DNA of 64,000 bases from Chitinophaga pinensis (GCA_945901065.1 CAMDKI010000004.1:103247-167246); one strand, 5' to 3'. Positions 35,786-46,654 are shown, counted from the first letter of the stretch. The notes: generated from the sequence alone by a model not told the origin. Numbers and translations: made by a program.

Positions 35786-36979
35786 TTAAACTAACTTCTC
35801 AAGCGCAGCTTTAATCCTCGCACAAGCTTCAACCAACTGTTTATCGCTAGCGGCGTAGCTGATGCGCACACACTCCGGTGAGCCGAAAGCAGCACCTGAT
35901 ACCAGGGCCACGTGAGCCTCGGCAAGTAGGTACAACGACAAATCGTCGGCATCTTTCAATACTTCGCCATTGTAGGTCTTACCAAAATAAGCACTCACAT
36001 CAGGGAACAAATAGAAAGCGCCCGGAGGGGTATTGGTTTTTAGGCCTGGTATTTCGCTCAATAAGGCAATTACCATATCGCGGCGGCGGTGAAATTGGTC
36101 GCGCATATCATAGCTAGGCTGCATGTCGCCATTCAGTGCCGCTTCAGCTGCCTTTTGGGCAATGCTGCAGGTAGCGCTGGTAAACTGACCCTGTAGTTTG
36201 TCGCAAGCCTTGGCAATCCATAGCGGAGCACCAATGTAGCCCACGCGCCAGCCGGTCATGGCAAAGCCTTTGGCAAAACCGTTTACGGTAATGGTTTGGT
36301 TGTAAATTTCAGGAAACTGGGCAATGCTCTCATGCTTGCCATCAAAGTTGATGTATTCATAAATCTCATCCGACACCACATATATTTCTGGGTGTTTGGC
36401 CAATACCTTTGCCAAGCCAGCTAACTCTTCTTTGGTATATACCGAGCCAGAAGGGTTGCAGGGCGAGCTAAACATTACCATACGGGTTTTAGGCGTAATA
36501 GCTGCCTCTAGTTGCTCCGCGGTTATTTTAAAGTCTTGGTCAATGGTGGTGAAAATGTTTACCATTTTGCCCTCGGCCAACTCTACCATAGCGGCATAGC
36601 TCACCCAATATGGTGCCGGAACAATTACTTCTTCACCAGGGTTTACCAGGCAAAGCACCACGTTAATGAGACTTTGTTTGGCGCCAGTAGAAACTACTAT
36701 TTGCTCAGGAGTATAATCCAACCCATTATCACGTTTAAACTTGGCTTGTATAGCCTTGCGTAGCTCAATGGTGCCCGGCACGGCAGTATAAAAGGTAAAG
36801 CCTTCGTCTATGGCTTTTTTGGCCGCTTCGCAAATATGTTTTGGGGTTACAAAGTCAGGTTCGCCAAGGCTAAGACTAATAATATCATGGCCTTGGGCTT
36901 TCAATTCGCGACCCAATTGGGCCATTTTAATGGTAGCTGACTCGTGTAAGTTGGCAATCCTGTCTGATAAATGGGGCAT
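35786..36979 (-). CDS. pyridoxal phosphate-dependent aminotransferase (aspartate aminotransferase class I/II)
   Basis: Trimmed to the ATG at 36979 (MPHLSDRIANLHESATIKM…). LSLGEPDF, NPSGSVY and the GFAKGFAMTGWRVGY (SxSKxxxMxGxRxGY-like lysine motif) fit the AspC/AAT family. Confidence 0.9.
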   Translation of the reverse strand: MPHLSDRIANLHESATIKMAQLGRELKAQGHDIISLSLGEPDFVTPKHICEAAKKAIDEGFTFYTAVPGTIELRKAIQAKFKRDNGLDYTPEQIVVSTGAKQSLINVVLCLVNPGEEVIVPAPYWVSYAAMVELAEGKMVNIFTTIDQDFKITAEQLEAAITPKTRMVMFSSPCNPSGSVYTKEELAGLAKVLAKHPEIYVVSDEIYEYINFDGKHESIAQFPEIYNQTITVNGFAKGFAMTGWRVGYIGAPLWIAKACDKLQGQFTSATCSIAQKAAEAALNGDMQPSYDMRDQFHRRRDMVIALLSEIPGLKTNTPPGAFYLFPDVSAYFGKTYNGEVLKDADDLSLYLLAEAHVALVSGAAFGSPECVRISYAASDKQLVEACARIKAALEKLV

Positions 36980-37114
36980 ACCGCTGTTTTTTTGTTCGAA
37001 ATTAGGGATTGCGGCGCATAAAACACTTATTATTTTTGAAGTTGTGATATTCTCGCCATTGGGTGTTAATTTTATCCAGTTGCAATTGCCGAATTTTTGA
37101 AAATACAACCCCTA

Positions 37115-38383
37115 ATGACCCGTAAAAACAAGCTCATTACTGGAGCTGCCGTGTTGGTAGCAATTGCCGCGGTTTATATATTCTATCCATCATCAGGCTT
37201 AGATACCGAGCTAGATGGTCTTCGTATTGAAGAAGAAATGCAGAAACAGGCCGAGTTTTTGTATGGCATTCCGAAAGGAGAATACAACACCATACAAGAT
37301 AAGGTAAAGCCGAACCAGAATTTGGCGAGTTTACTCTCGGCCCACGACATAAACCCGGGTAATATTGTAACCCTTTCAACCAAGTACGAAAACGTATTCG
37401 ATACCCGGTCTATGAAATTTGATAGGCCTTATACCATCATGGTTCGCGAATCGGATACCATGAAATCGGCGGCATATTTAATTTACGAGAAATCGAACAT
37501 TGAGTTTATAGTTTACGATTTAGAGCACGACACCGTATATAAAGGCAAGAAAGAAGTAAGCGTTCAGCGCAAGCATTTTGCCGGCACCATTACTTCCAAC
37601 TTGTCGGAAACCTTGCAAGATGCTGGGGTTGATGTGGCATTGGCATACAGCATGGCCAGTATTTACGATTGTACTATTGATTTTTATAAGTTGCAGCAAA
37701 ACGATTTTTTTAAAGTGATTTACATTGAGAAAATGGTAGAGGGCAAATATGTGGGCATTGATAAAATCGAAGCGATTGAGTTTACGCACAACAGTAAGCC
37801 GTTTTATGCTTTCTACTTTGAGCAAGACGAGGTGGGCAATTATTTTGACGAGAAAGCGCAAAACATGCGCAAGGCTTTTCTTAAAGCCCCTTTGAAATAC
37901 GGTTACCGCATCAGTTCTAAATACAATAAAAATCGCTTGCACCCTGTGTTGAAGGTTAATCGCCCACACTTGGGTACCGATTATGCCGCAGCGCATGGCA
38001 CCCCCATAATTACCGTGGGCGACGGCGTGGTATTAGAGGCCAGTTTTACCAAAGGCAACGGCAACTATGTAAAAATAAAGCACAATGGTACTTTTACCAC
38101 CCAATACTTGCACATGAGCAAGTTTGCATCGGGCATAAAGCCAGGCAAGCGCGTAAGCCAAGGCGATGTAATTGGTTATGTAGGTAGCACTGGTTTGGCA
38201 ACTGGCCCACACGTTTGTTTCCGTTTTTGGAAAAACGGTGTGCAGGTCGATCCGTTTAAGGTAATGCCACCGCCAGCCGAACCAGTTGCCAAAAAGAATA
38301 TGGAGCGTTTTAATAAACGCGTTGCCGTTTTGAAAAAAGAGCTTGAAGGTATTGGTAAAGAGCTGACAGCAAGCCTAAAGTAG
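37115..38383 (+). CDS. M23 family metallopeptidase
   Basis: Trimmed to the ATG at 37115. An N-terminal TM anchor is followed by HLGTDYAAAHGTPIITVGDG, YVKIKHNG, and GYVGSTGLATGPHVCF (HxxxD and HxH metal-binding motifs of LytM/M23). Confidence 0.88.
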   Translation: MTRKNKLITGAAVLVAIAAVYIFYPSSGLDTELDGLRIEEEMQKQAEFLYGIPKGEYNTIQDKVKPNQNLASLLSAHDINPGNIVTLSTKYENVFDTRSMKFDRPYTIMVRESDTMKSAAYLIYEKSNIEFIVYDLEHDTVYKGKKEVSVQRKHFAGTITSNLSETLQDAGVDVALAYSMASIYDCTIDFYKLQQNDFFKVIYIEKMVEGKYVGIDKIEAIEFTHNSKPFYAFYFEQDEVGNYFDEKAQNMRKAFLKAPLKYGYRISSKYNKNRLHPVLKVNRPHLGTDYAAAHGTPIITVGDGVVLEASFTKGNGNYVKIKHNGTFTTQYLHMSKFASGIKPGKRVSQGDVIGYVGSTGLATGPHVCFRFWKNGVQVDPFKVMPPPAEPVAKKNMERFNKRVAVLKKELEGIGKELTASLK

Positions 38384-38488
38384 TTTGTGCGGTTAGCTAC
38401 CGGTTTTTATAAAGTGCGCAATATGTAAAGTTACTTTTACGTTCTAGTTAAATAGCGTAGCTTTAGATTACCAACTATCAATACTGTT

Positions 38489-38929
38489 ATGAAAATTCCT
38501 GCCCCGATTTTCATACTACTTAGCGTTTTTTTGCTGAGCATGTGTGCATGCAACAAGTACGATGAAGGCCCTGCCTTTTCATTGCGAACCAAGACTTTTA
38601 GAGCTACCGATAATTGGATTGTGACCGATGCCCAGCGAAATGGATTGGATGTAACCTCCAGCGTGCGAATGAACGTGAACTTGCGCGCTGATGGCACCAT
38701 GGTATATACCGATACTATTGCAGTTGCCGCAGGCGACTCAATATCAAACCGCCAAGGGGTTTGGGAGTTTGACCGCGATGCTGAGAACCTCTTGATTGTG
38801 TTTACCGACCCAGGTGGCGGCAATGTATCAGCCAGAATTTGGTATATTTTGCGCTTATCGGTGGGTCAACTGTGGGTTACAGAAAGTGTTGGCGAAAACT
38901 TGTATCGCTACGAATTTGAACCTAAATAA
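38489..38929 (+). CDS. hypothetical lipoprotein
   Basis: 146 aa. The signal peptide has Cys residues at the lipobox position (FLLSMCACNKYD). No family recognised. Confidence 0.55.
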   Translation: MKIPAPIFILLSVFLLSMCACNKYDEGPAFSLRTKTFRATDNWIVTDAQRNGLDVTSSVRMNVNLRADGTMVYTDTIAVAAGDSISNRQGVWEFDRDAENLLIVFTDPGGGNVSARIWYILRLSVGQLWVTESVGENLYRYEFEPK

Positions 38930-39732
38930 TGCTTACACCATTAAAGTCTTTCTTGCTACTAGCGTTTATTGCCTCGAGTTTGCAATGTATGCCGGTATTC
39001 GGTCAAATTGTTACCGACGATATTGCGGTTCCGCCACCAAGTAATATACCTGCCAAAAAGAATCGCAACAACGACAGACCTACCAAGCAATTGTTTTTGC
39101 TGCTCAATGCCGGTTTAGCTTCTCCGCTAGGTATTTTCGGTTCTACCAATATTCTAGAGGAAGATGCTGTTTTTGCCAAAACAGGCATAAACCTCAGCCT
39201 TAATGTTGGCCGAACCTTTAACCGTTATGTGGGGCTTACTGCTACAGGCGGGCTTATAGTGCAAACCAATAAAATGGCCCAGATTGTAGACAACTACAAT
39301 CGCTATGGCCCACCTGGCTCATATATATTGGCATACGACTACCCAGGTATGCGGTTTTATTATTTGGCAGGCGGCTTGTTGGTTACAGTGCCGGCTACTA
39401 ATCGGTTTTCTATTGATGTAAAGCTGCAAGGTGGCATGGCGCTGGGTGTAGATAGGGAGCTAACGCTGCAGATTGATAACGGACTTGGCACCATAATAGA
39501 AAAGTATGGCAAAGCCAGCGACATCGCTTTTCTGCCCGATTTGGGCTTAAACTTTAGGTTGTTGGTTACCGACAACTTTACTATGAATTTCTTTACCGAT
39601 TTTGTAATGGCCAACTTCAAATTTAAGGACGTAACCTACTACGAAAACGGCGTACCACTGGCTACCTACGACTACGACCTGCCCATGCGCAACCTCAATG
39701 TAGGCATAGGAGCGGGGTGGAGTTTTAAGTAG
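38929..39732 (+). CDS. hypothetical outer-membrane beta-barrel-like protein
   Basis: 267 aa. The start ATG overlaps the upstream TAA (TAATG). It has a signal peptide (LLLAFIASSLQCMPVFGQ), alternating beta-strand pattern and a C-terminal aromatic residue (…GAGWSFK). Confidence 0.55.
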   Translation: MLTPLKSFLLLAFIASSLQCMPVFGQIVTDDIAVPPPSNIPAKKNRNNDRPTKQLFLLLNAGLASPLGIFGSTNILEEDAVFAKTGINLSLNVGRTFNRYVGLTATGGLIVQTNKMAQIVDNYNRYGPPGSYILAYDYPGMRFYYLAGGLLVTVPATNRFSIDVKLQGGMALGVDRELTLQIDNGLGTIIEKYGKASDIAFLPDLGLNFRLLVTDNFTMNFFTDFVMANFKFKDVTYYENGVPLATYDYDLPMRNLNVGIGAGWSFK

Positions 39733-39772
39733 TCCACAGTCCACAGTCCACAGTCCACAGTCCACAGTCGAT
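39731..39772. repeat. AGTCCAC heptamer x5 (+1 degenerate) starting on the stop codon
   Basis: AGTCCAC AGTCCAC AGTCCAC AGTCCAC AGTCCAC AGTCGAT. The TAG stop of the upstream gene is at 39730..39732. Confidence 0.9.
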
Positions 39773-39812
39773 GGCGAGTAGCTTATAGCATATGGTTCGT
39801 TGTACCCCAAAA

Positions 39813-39900
39813 ACCCTCGCCCAAGGCGAGGCAAGCTAATACCCCTCGCCCAAGGCGAGGCAAGCTAATAACCCTCGCCCAAGGCGAGGCAAGCTAATAA
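39813..39900 (+). repeat. three tandem 28-30-nt units ACCCTCGCCCAAGGCGAGGCAAGCTAATA, each a 7-bp stem hairpin
   Basis: Units at 39813..39840, 39841..39870 and 39871..39900. Each has the stem CCTCGCC/GGCGAGG with a CAA loop. There are no unique spacers between units. Confidence 0.9.
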
Positions 39901-39925
39901 CCAATCAACCAATCAACCAATCAAC
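39901..39925. repeat. CCAATCAA octamer x3
   Basis: CCAATCAA CCAATCAA CCAATCAA C, directly following the third 30-nt unit. Confidence 0.85.
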
Positions 39926-39972
39926 TGCCACCTTTACAGCCCGGAACTGCAATTTTGGCGCATTATGCCAGT

Positions 39973-39988
39973 TGGCACAACTAATGCT
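39973..39988 (+). promoter_or_regulatory. sigma-54-like -24/-12 motif upstream of groES (speculative)
   Basis: TGGCAC AACTA ATGCT. GG and GC have the canonical 12-nt register of TGGCAC-N5-TTGC, and the -12 element ends 42 nt before the groES ATG. A TACCTTTA (near TAnnTTTG) box also lies at about 39999..40006. Confidence 0.25.
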
Positions 39989-40029
39989 ATAGGCAAAGTA
40001 CCTTTAAAACGATAAAAACATAAAACAAT

Positions 40030-40305
40030 ATGGCTGTTAACATTAAACCCCTTGCAGACCGCGTGCTGGTGAAAGCCGACGCCGCCGAAGAAACCACCAA
40101 GAGTGGCCTATTTATACCCGATACGGCTAAAGAAAAGCCAATGCGTGGCGTAATAGTAGCCGTAGGTGCGGGCAAAAAAGACGAACCAATGACCGTGAAA
40201 GTGGGCGACAAAGTATTGTATGGCAAATATGCTGGCACTGAGTTGACCGTAGAAGGAGAGGAGTTCTTGATTATGCGCGAAAGCGACATCTTCGCCATCC
40301 TTTAA
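40030..40305 (+). CDS. groES: co-chaperone GroES
   Basis: 91 aa: [48 protein letters not shown]…, the canonical Cpn10. Confidence 0.97.
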   Translation: MAVNIKPLADRVLVKADAAEETTKSGLFIPDTAKEKPMRGVIVAVGAGKKDEPMTVKVGDKVLYGKYAGTELTVEGEEFLIMRESDIFAIL

Positions 40306-40308
40306 TTT

Positions 40309-40343
40309 GGTTACGGGTTCCGAGTTACGGGTTGCGAGTTTGC
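40309..40343. repeat. five in-phase degenerate heptamers (GGTTACG type)
   Basis: GGTTACG GGTTCCG AGTTACG GGTTGCG AGTTTGC, starting 4 nt after the groES TAA (40303..40305). Confidence 0.8.
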
Positions 40344-40362
40344 AATAAACCAACGACCAGTA

Positions 40363-40390
40363 ACCCTCGCCCAAGGCGAGGCAAGCTAAT

Positions 40391-40392
<2 letters not shown>
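40363..40392 (+). repeat. fourth copy of the ACCCTCGCCCAAGGCGAGGCAAGCTAATAA unit (groES-groEL spacer)
   Basis: Identical to the 39871..39900 unit by eye. Confidence 0.9.
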
Positions 40393-42097
<1,705 letters not shown>

Positions 42098-42135
42098 GCT
42101 ACATCGTCCGGCTTTAAAGCCTGATAATCATTTTA

Positions 42136-42177
42136 ACGCCCCCATTTCTTTTAGTAGAGATGGGGGCGTTTTTTTTG
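42136..42177 (+). terminator. intrinsic terminator of groESL
   Basis: Stem ACGCCCCCAT (42136..42145) / ATGGGGGCGT (42160..42169), followed by a T8 run. Confidence 0.85.
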
Positions 42178-42194
42178 GGTTTGGGACCCCTGCC

Positions 42195-42285
42195 CACCCT
42201 GCCCATTCGGATTTGTAATCCGAATGTACTGAGCACCGGATTTGCAATCCGGCACATACTATGTAAACGAACCTCACACGCACAC
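42195..42285 (+). repeat. ~90-nt double GGATT-hairpin element
   Basis: GCCCATTCGGATTTGTAATCCGAATGTACTGAGCACCGGATTTGCAATCCGGCACATACTATGTAAACGAACCTC. It is collinear with a degenerate copy at 45641..45725 (GCCCATTCGGGTTTATAATTTGAGTGTAAGAGCACCTGATTTGTAATTCGGCACTTACTTCGTAAATCAACCTC). Confidence 0.85.
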
Positions 42286-42392
42286 TCCCGTTGCTTGTTG
42301 TAACTAACATTTGGCAAGGGTAGCGGCATATTCATTGGCAACAATTGATTAATTTTAGGTGTTATTCTTCGTAAAGTTTTCAATTGCTGGGT

Positions 42393-42914
42393 ATGTTTAA
42401 ATCTTTTTTGCCGCTGCTGTTTGTGGGTATCATGTTAACGGCTTTCGTGGCTCCTGTGCCAGTTACCGATAGTGTTATCGAGATTCTTCAAGGTTCTAAA
42501 AAGGTGTTTAACTTTTCTGCAGGGCTAAAGTCTGCCGAATTGGTAACAATGTTGGAGGGTAAAGGTCCGTATACTATTTTTGCGCCGCTCAATACCGCTT
42601 TTGCCAAGTTACCCGCGGGTAGCCTTGAGAACTTGTTTAAACCCGAAAACAAAACTACGCTCACCAGCCTGCTCAACTACCATATAGTGCCCTTGCAACT
42701 CACCAAAGCCGACTTGGTTGCAGGGATAAACCAAGGCAATGGAAAAATGATACTCAAAACCATGTTGGGCAAAACCTTAACGGCTACCTTGGCCGATGGC
42801 AAATTGCAATTGACCGATGCACAGGGCACTATAGCCTACATTACCTATGCCGACAAATTGGGCACCAACGGTGTGGTGCACTTTATTGATGGCGTGCTTA
42901 TGCCGGCCAAATAA
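42393..42914 (+). CDS. fasciclin domain-containing protein
   Basis: Trimmed to the ATG at 42393. After the signal peptide come YTIFAPLNTAFAKLP, LLNYHIVP and NGVVHFIDGVLMP, the FAS1 H1/YH/H2 motifs. Confidence 0.85.
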   Translation: MFKSFLPLLFVGIMLTAFVAPVPVTDSVIEILQGSKKVFNFSAGLKSAELVTMLEGKGPYTIFAPLNTAFAKLPAGSLENLFKPENKTTLTSLLNYHIVPLQLTKADLVAGINQGNGKMILKTMLGKTLTATLADGKLQLTDAQGTIAYITYADKLGTNGVVHFIDGVLMPAK

Positions 42915-42932
42915 ACATATATCTGCTTGATC

Positions 42933-42994
42933 CACGCAATCGGATTTCTAAATCCGCCCTTTCAAATTCCCAAATCCAAATACTAGATTGCGTG
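42933..42994. repeat. 9-bp inverted repeat (CACGCAATC/GATTGCGTG) enclosing a CGGATTTCTAAATCCG hairpin
   Basis: Arms at 42933..42941 and 42986..42994, with the internal hairpin at 42941..42956. Confidence 0.7.
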
Positions 42995-43069
42995 ATGTAG
43001 CATCTGGCAAATACCAGGTAAACGAACTACTTGTTAATGCTTGTAAAGAGTGTCCCCTGCCCGCACTAA

Positions 43070-43220
43070 CCACCCCCAACCCCTTCCTTCGATCTCGTTT
43101 GAAACGAGACTCAGGACAGGCTCTTTTGCATCCGCTCAAAAAGGCCATTCGAAGCCTGCCTGCGGCAGGCAGGCTTCGCCGAGCCAGTGCAGCGCTGGCA
43201 AAAGGAGGGGTTGGGGGTGG
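43070..43220. mobile_element. 151-bp MITE-like non-coding element with perfect 15-bp terminal inverted repeats
   Basis: CCACCCCCAACCCCT (43070..43084) and AGGGGTTGGGGGTGG (43206..43220) are exact reverse complements. Inside are the hairpin TCTCGTTTGAAACGAGA (43093..43109) and the 27-nt palindrome GAAGCCTGCCTGCGGCAGGCAGGCTTC (43151..43177). There is no coding capacity, and the track ORFs across it read both strands of the palindrome. Confidence 0.6.
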
Positions 43221-43233
43221 TTGCACATAATTC

Positions 43234-43270
43234 AAAAAAAAACACCCCGCTTCAATAAAGAAACGGGGTG
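43234..43270 (-). terminator. intrinsic terminator of the M43 protease gene
   Basis: The minus strand reads CACCCCG-TTTCTTTATTGAAG-CGGGGTG followed by T9 (the plus-strand A-run at 43234..43242). It lies 29 nt after the stop at 43299. Confidence 0.75.
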
Positions 43271-43298
43271 CTCGGGTATGGTTTAATGGAGGCGGGTG

Positions 43299-45260
43299 TT
43301 ATTTCGCAATCATTACTTTCTGCACTTGTTTTACTTGGTTGTTGTTTTTGATGGCTACAAAATAGAAGCCATTTTCTAAGGCGCTAAGGTCGATGCCAGT
43401 GTTAAACTCGGCTTCAACGCTACCTAGCGCTTGCGCAAATACTACACGGCCAGCAATGTCATAAACCTGTACGTTGGCATTTTCCATGCTTTCGGTAGTA
43501 AAGATGCTGATGTTCAATTTGCCATTGCTTGGGTTAGGTGCCAAGGTTAGGTCGAAAACCGAAGGCTTGTCATTAGCCAAATCCAAATCGGCAGCATCAG
43601 TTGCGTCATCGGCACCAACCCTAAAGTTGGTAGCGCTAATGCTTGCAGTTAGTGTATAGCAATTGCTAGCATTAAATGCACCACCACTGCCCAATACGCG
43701 GATAGTATAGGTACCAACAGAGTTGGTGTTATAAGTAATCGTCTCGTTGGTAGTACCAGTGTTTTGAGAAATGGCAACTTGGTTACCTCTAGAGTTGTAC
43801 AACACTACATTGTAGTTGGCTGGCAAATTAGTCAAAGTTATTCTTATGCGGCGTTGGGTACTGGTGTTCGCAAACTTAAAGTAGTCATTATCGGTGCTAG
43901 TGCCAATTACTGCGGTGATGGCAGTGTTTACAGGGATGGTTTTAGCAGTCGAAATTGAATTGTTAGACTCATAAGCATCGGTGCAAGTAGCAGTAACTGC
44001 TAGGGTAGTAAAGCTGCCAGTGGTAGTATAGTTGCTACTGCCGCTGCTGCAAACGGTTTGCACTTGGTAGTTGTAAGTAGTATTATTTGCCAAGCCCGAT
44101 AGGGTAAAGCTAGTAGCACTGGTGCTTACAGTTGTGAAAGTGGCAGCCGCACTAGTTTTGTATTGTACATTGTAGCTAGTTGCACCGCTAGCTGCGCTCC
44201 AAGTAAGTGTTGCACCTGTGGTAGTAACATTGCCAGCACTTAGGCCAGTTGGGCTATTGCAAGCGGCGATATTTCCAGGTACACAACCCAATGAGTTAAG
44301 CAATGAAGCCCTAAAGCCACCTGTTGCAAACAATGCTTGCATGCGCGCTTTTTGACCTTCAGTAAACATAAACATACAGGCGTCATCGGTATAGTCCATG
44401 TAGTTCATGAACAAATCTCCGTTGGGGCCATTGCTGCACGATACCGTTGGGAACGAAGGGCAGCCATAATTTTCGTCGCCTTGGTTTGGCGTGTCGGTTA
44501 CGTTATCGCTACCAGTACAACCGGTGCCATCGTCGCCCCAAATGTGGTAAAGGTTTAGCCAGTGACCTACTTCGTGAGTTGCGGTGCGACCTTTGTTGAA
44601 AGGCGCTGCAGCAGTACCGATGGTACCAAAGGCGTTGTAGTTTACTACTACACCATCGGTAGCGGCGCTGCCACCAGGAAACTGCGCATAGCCCAAAATG
44701 CCACCGCTAATGTTACAAACCCAAAGGTTTAAGTACGAGCTGCTGGGCCAAGCATTAGAACCACCGTTGGCGCTTCTTTTAACATTATCGTTAGTAGAAA
44801 ATGAGGTGTTGGTTGTTAATTTGCGAACAATACCGTTAGAAGCATTGCCATTAGGGTCGCGCTGTGCGAGGCAAAACTGCACATCAACATTGGCTACTAA
44901 ACTTTGAAAAACTGAAGGAGTATTGGTCCAGTCGGCATTTAGCTTGGCAAAATCGGCATTCAAAACATTCATCTGCGACTGTATTTGGGCATCGCTGATG
45001 TTCTCGGTTGTGGTACGATATACTACATGCACTACTACTGGTATAGTTACCAACGCCCTACCGGTATTGCCTTGAGGGTTATTGGTAATCCAGTTCTGGG
45101 TAAATTGTTCAATGTTTTGGCGATTTTGCAACACGCTTGGGTCTTGCAATATCATGTTTTGCAAGTGCTCCATAGCACCACAATTGCGTTGGGCATTGGC
45201 TGGGGCAGCACTTACAAGCAATAGCAGTACTAGGCTGATTTTCAGTAATTGTTTTAACAT
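43299..45260 (-). CDS. secreted zinc metalloprotease (M43 pappalysin/cytophagalysin-like) with FN3, PPC-type and T9SS type A C-terminal domains
   Basis: After the signal peptide comes the metzincin motif HEVGHWLNLYH (HExxHxxxxxH) followed by DTPNQ. Then an FN3-like region (LSAGNVTTTGATLTWSAASGATSYNVQYK), a pre-peptidase C-terminal-like region (DAYESNNSISTAKTI…DNDYFKF…YTIRV) and the tail LAPNPSNGKLNISIF…GFYFVAIKN…QKVMIAK. Confidence 0.85.
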   Translation of the reverse strand: MLKQLLKISLVLLLLVSAAPANAQRNCGAMEHLQNMILQDPSVLQNRQNIEQFTQNWITNNPQGNTGRALVTIPVVVHVVYRTTTENISDAQIQSQMNVLNADFAKLNADWTNTPSVFQSLVANVDVQFCLAQRDPNGNASNGIVRKLTTNTSFSTNDNVKRSANGGSNAWPSSSYLNLWVCNISGGILGYAQFPGGSAATDGVVVNYNAFGTIGTAAAPFNKGRTATHEVGHWLNLYHIWGDDGTGCTGSDNVTDTPNQGDENYGCPSFPTVSCSNGPNGDLFMNYMDYTDDACMFMFTEGQKARMQALFATGGFRASLLNSLGCVPGNIAACNSPTGLSAGNVTTTGATLTWSAASGATSYNVQYKTSAAATFTTVSTSATSFTLSGLANNTTYNYQVQTVCSSGSSNYTTTGSFTTLAVTATCTDAYESNNSISTAKTIPVNTAITAVIGTSTDNDYFKFANTSTQRRIRITLTNLPANYNVVLYNSRGNQVAISQNTGTTNETITYNTNSVGTYTIRVLGSGGAFNASNCYTLTASISATNFRVGADDATDAADLDLANDKPSVFDLTLAPNPSNGKLNISIFTTESMENANVQVYDIAGRVVFAQALGSVEAEFNTGIDLSALENGFYFVAIKNNNQVKQVQKVMIAK

Positions 45261-45640
45261 TGTCGGATTTTAAATTGGGTATTGGGTTATCATTAAATTA
45301 AGCGTTCGAAAGTCAAATCAAACCAATTGGTCGATTAAAAGCAAATTCAACTTGGTTATTTCATTGCGTATTTTCAAATAGTTATTACAATTAGGCAATA
45401 AATTTTATATCCGTCTGAGCATCAGTGAGGTAGCGCTATATTTTGGAGTATTTTCTGACCAGTTTTTCCTTGCAACATTTACGAAGTAATGGTGTCCAAA
45501 AATGCAATTTGAAATTAAAGCGATCGCAAACAACATCATCATTATCCTGATTGATAACAATTGAACCCGCGCGATGGTTTTTGAAATGGGCTATACTTGT
45601 AAATTTGCATTGAAGTGAGAAGTACTCAATGCTACCTACC

Positions 45641-45783
45641 CCGCCCATTCGGGTTTATAATTTGAGTGTAAGAGCACCTGATTTGTAATTCGGCACTTAC
45701 TTCGTAAATCAACCTCCTATGCATGCCTTTGCTAATCAGCGGATTGCAAATCCGCTTCTCGGTAACGACGGATTGCAAATCCG
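45641..45783. repeat. degenerate double-hairpin element plus two intact GGATTGCAAATCC hairpins
   Basis: 45641..45725 is the degenerate homolog of 42195..42285. AGCGGATTGCAAATCCGCT lies at 45738..45756 and CGGATTGCAAATCCG at 45769..45783. Confidence 0.8.
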
Positions 45784-45797
45784 CCGTGGCGAAAATT

Positions 45798-45847
45798 AGT
45801 CTTGTGTCTTGTGTCTTGCCGGCCGGCAGGCAGGTTGTGTCTTGCGT
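45798..45847. repeat. GTCTTGT-type heptamers flanking a 12-nt palindrome, abutting the fabI stop codon
   Basis: AGTCTTG TGTCTTG TGTCTTG (45798..45818), the palindrome TGCCGGCCGGCA (45816..45827), then TGTCTTG CGTC up to the fabI stop (45848..45850). Confidence 0.7.
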
Positions 45848-46654
45848 CTATTCCAACCCATCCATCAATCGCTGGCTTACGCCAGTAGTGCTAAAGCCGC
45901 CGTCGTGGTATAGATTTTGCATGGTTACCATGCGGGTAAAGTCGCTGAACATAACCACTACAAAGTTGGCGCAGTCTTCGGCGCTGGCATTGCCCAGTGG
46001 CGATATTTTGTCGGCATAGGTAAAGAAACCATCAAAGCCCTTCACGCCCGAGCCAGCCGTGGTGTGTGTTGGCGATTGGGAGATGGTATTGATGCGTACT
46101 TTTTTCTCGAAGCCGTAGTGGTAGCCGTAACTGCGGGCAATACTTTCTAGTAAGGCTTTGGCATCAGCCATATCGTTATAGCCCGGGAAGGCGCGCTGTG
46201 CTGCTATGTAAGTAAGTGCCACTACCGAGGCCCATTCGTTCAAGGCATCGTTTTTGTGGCAAACCTGCAATACTTTATGAAACGATAGTGCCGAAATGTC
46301 CAACGTTTTTTGATAAAAGTCATAGTTAAGCTCGTGGTATTCTTTGCCCTTGCGCACATTTAGCGACATGCCGATAGAGTGCAGCACAAAATCGAGCTTG
46401 CCGCCCAATATTGTTATGCTTTGGGTTACAAGGTTCTCCAAATCCTCCATACTAGTGGCATCGGCAGCTATTACTTGGCTACCGGTAAGTTCGGCCAATT
46501 CGTTTATTTTGCCAAAGCGCAGGGCCACAGGCGCATTACTCAATACAAAGGTTGCGCCTTCTTCATGGGCCTTTAGCGCCACTTTCCAGGCAATAGAGTT
46601 CTCGTCTAACGCGCCGAAAATAATACCGCGCTTTCCTTTAAGTAAGTTATGCAT
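45848..46654 (-). CDS. fabI: enoyl-[acyl-carrier-protein] reductase (NADH), FabI
   Basis: Track ORF 45848..46726 trimmed to Met25 (MHNLLKGKRGIIFGALDENSIAWKVA…), start computed from track coordinates. The removed N-terminal extension is translation of a heptamer array. It has the Y-x6-K region (YIAAQRAFPGYNDMADAKALLES) and SPLGN typical of FabI. Confidence 0.9.
   Translation of the reverse strand: MHNLLKGKRGIIFGALDENSIAWKVALKAHEEGATFVLSNAPVALRFGKINELAELTGSQVIAADATSMEDLENLVTQSITILGGKLDFVLHSIGMSLNVRKGKEYHELNYDFYQKTLDISALSFHKVLQVCHKNDALNEWASVVALTYIAAQRAFPGYNDMADAKALLESIARSYGYHYGFEKKVRINTISQSPTHTTAGSGVKGFDGFFTYADKISPLGNASAEDCANFVVVMFSDFTRMVTMQNLYHDGGFSTTGVSQRLMDGLE

Noticed and set aside
39813-39900. 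Possible CRISPR array (three direct 28-30-nt repeats with a palindromic core).
   Set aside because: The units are directly adjacent with no unique spacers. There are only three copies and no cas genes in the window. The same unit occurs singly at other loci, so it is a tandem hairpin repeat, not a CRISPR.
39930-40029. Search for a CIRCE/HrcA operator upstream of groES.
   Set aside because: I could not find TTAGCACTC-N9-GAGTGCTAA or a close variant. Only a weak TGGC-N7-GCCA symmetry (39955..39969) is present, and that is too short to call.
42948-43286. Track ORFs 42948..43235 (-), 42988..43230 (+) and 43050..43286 (+) with Pro/Arg/Gly-rich products.
   Set aside because: They read both strands of the palindromic MITE-like element (43070..43220) and adjacent hairpins. 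Mirror-image ORFs on both strands and low-complexity products indicate they are artefacts of the inverted repeats.
45436-45648. 70-aa minus-strand ORF in the 587-nt gap upstream of the M43 protease gene.
   Set aside because: Its start codon lies inside the degenerate double-hairpin repeat element. The product has no recognisable features, and the region is AT-rich promoter-like sequence. Coding is possible but unsupported.
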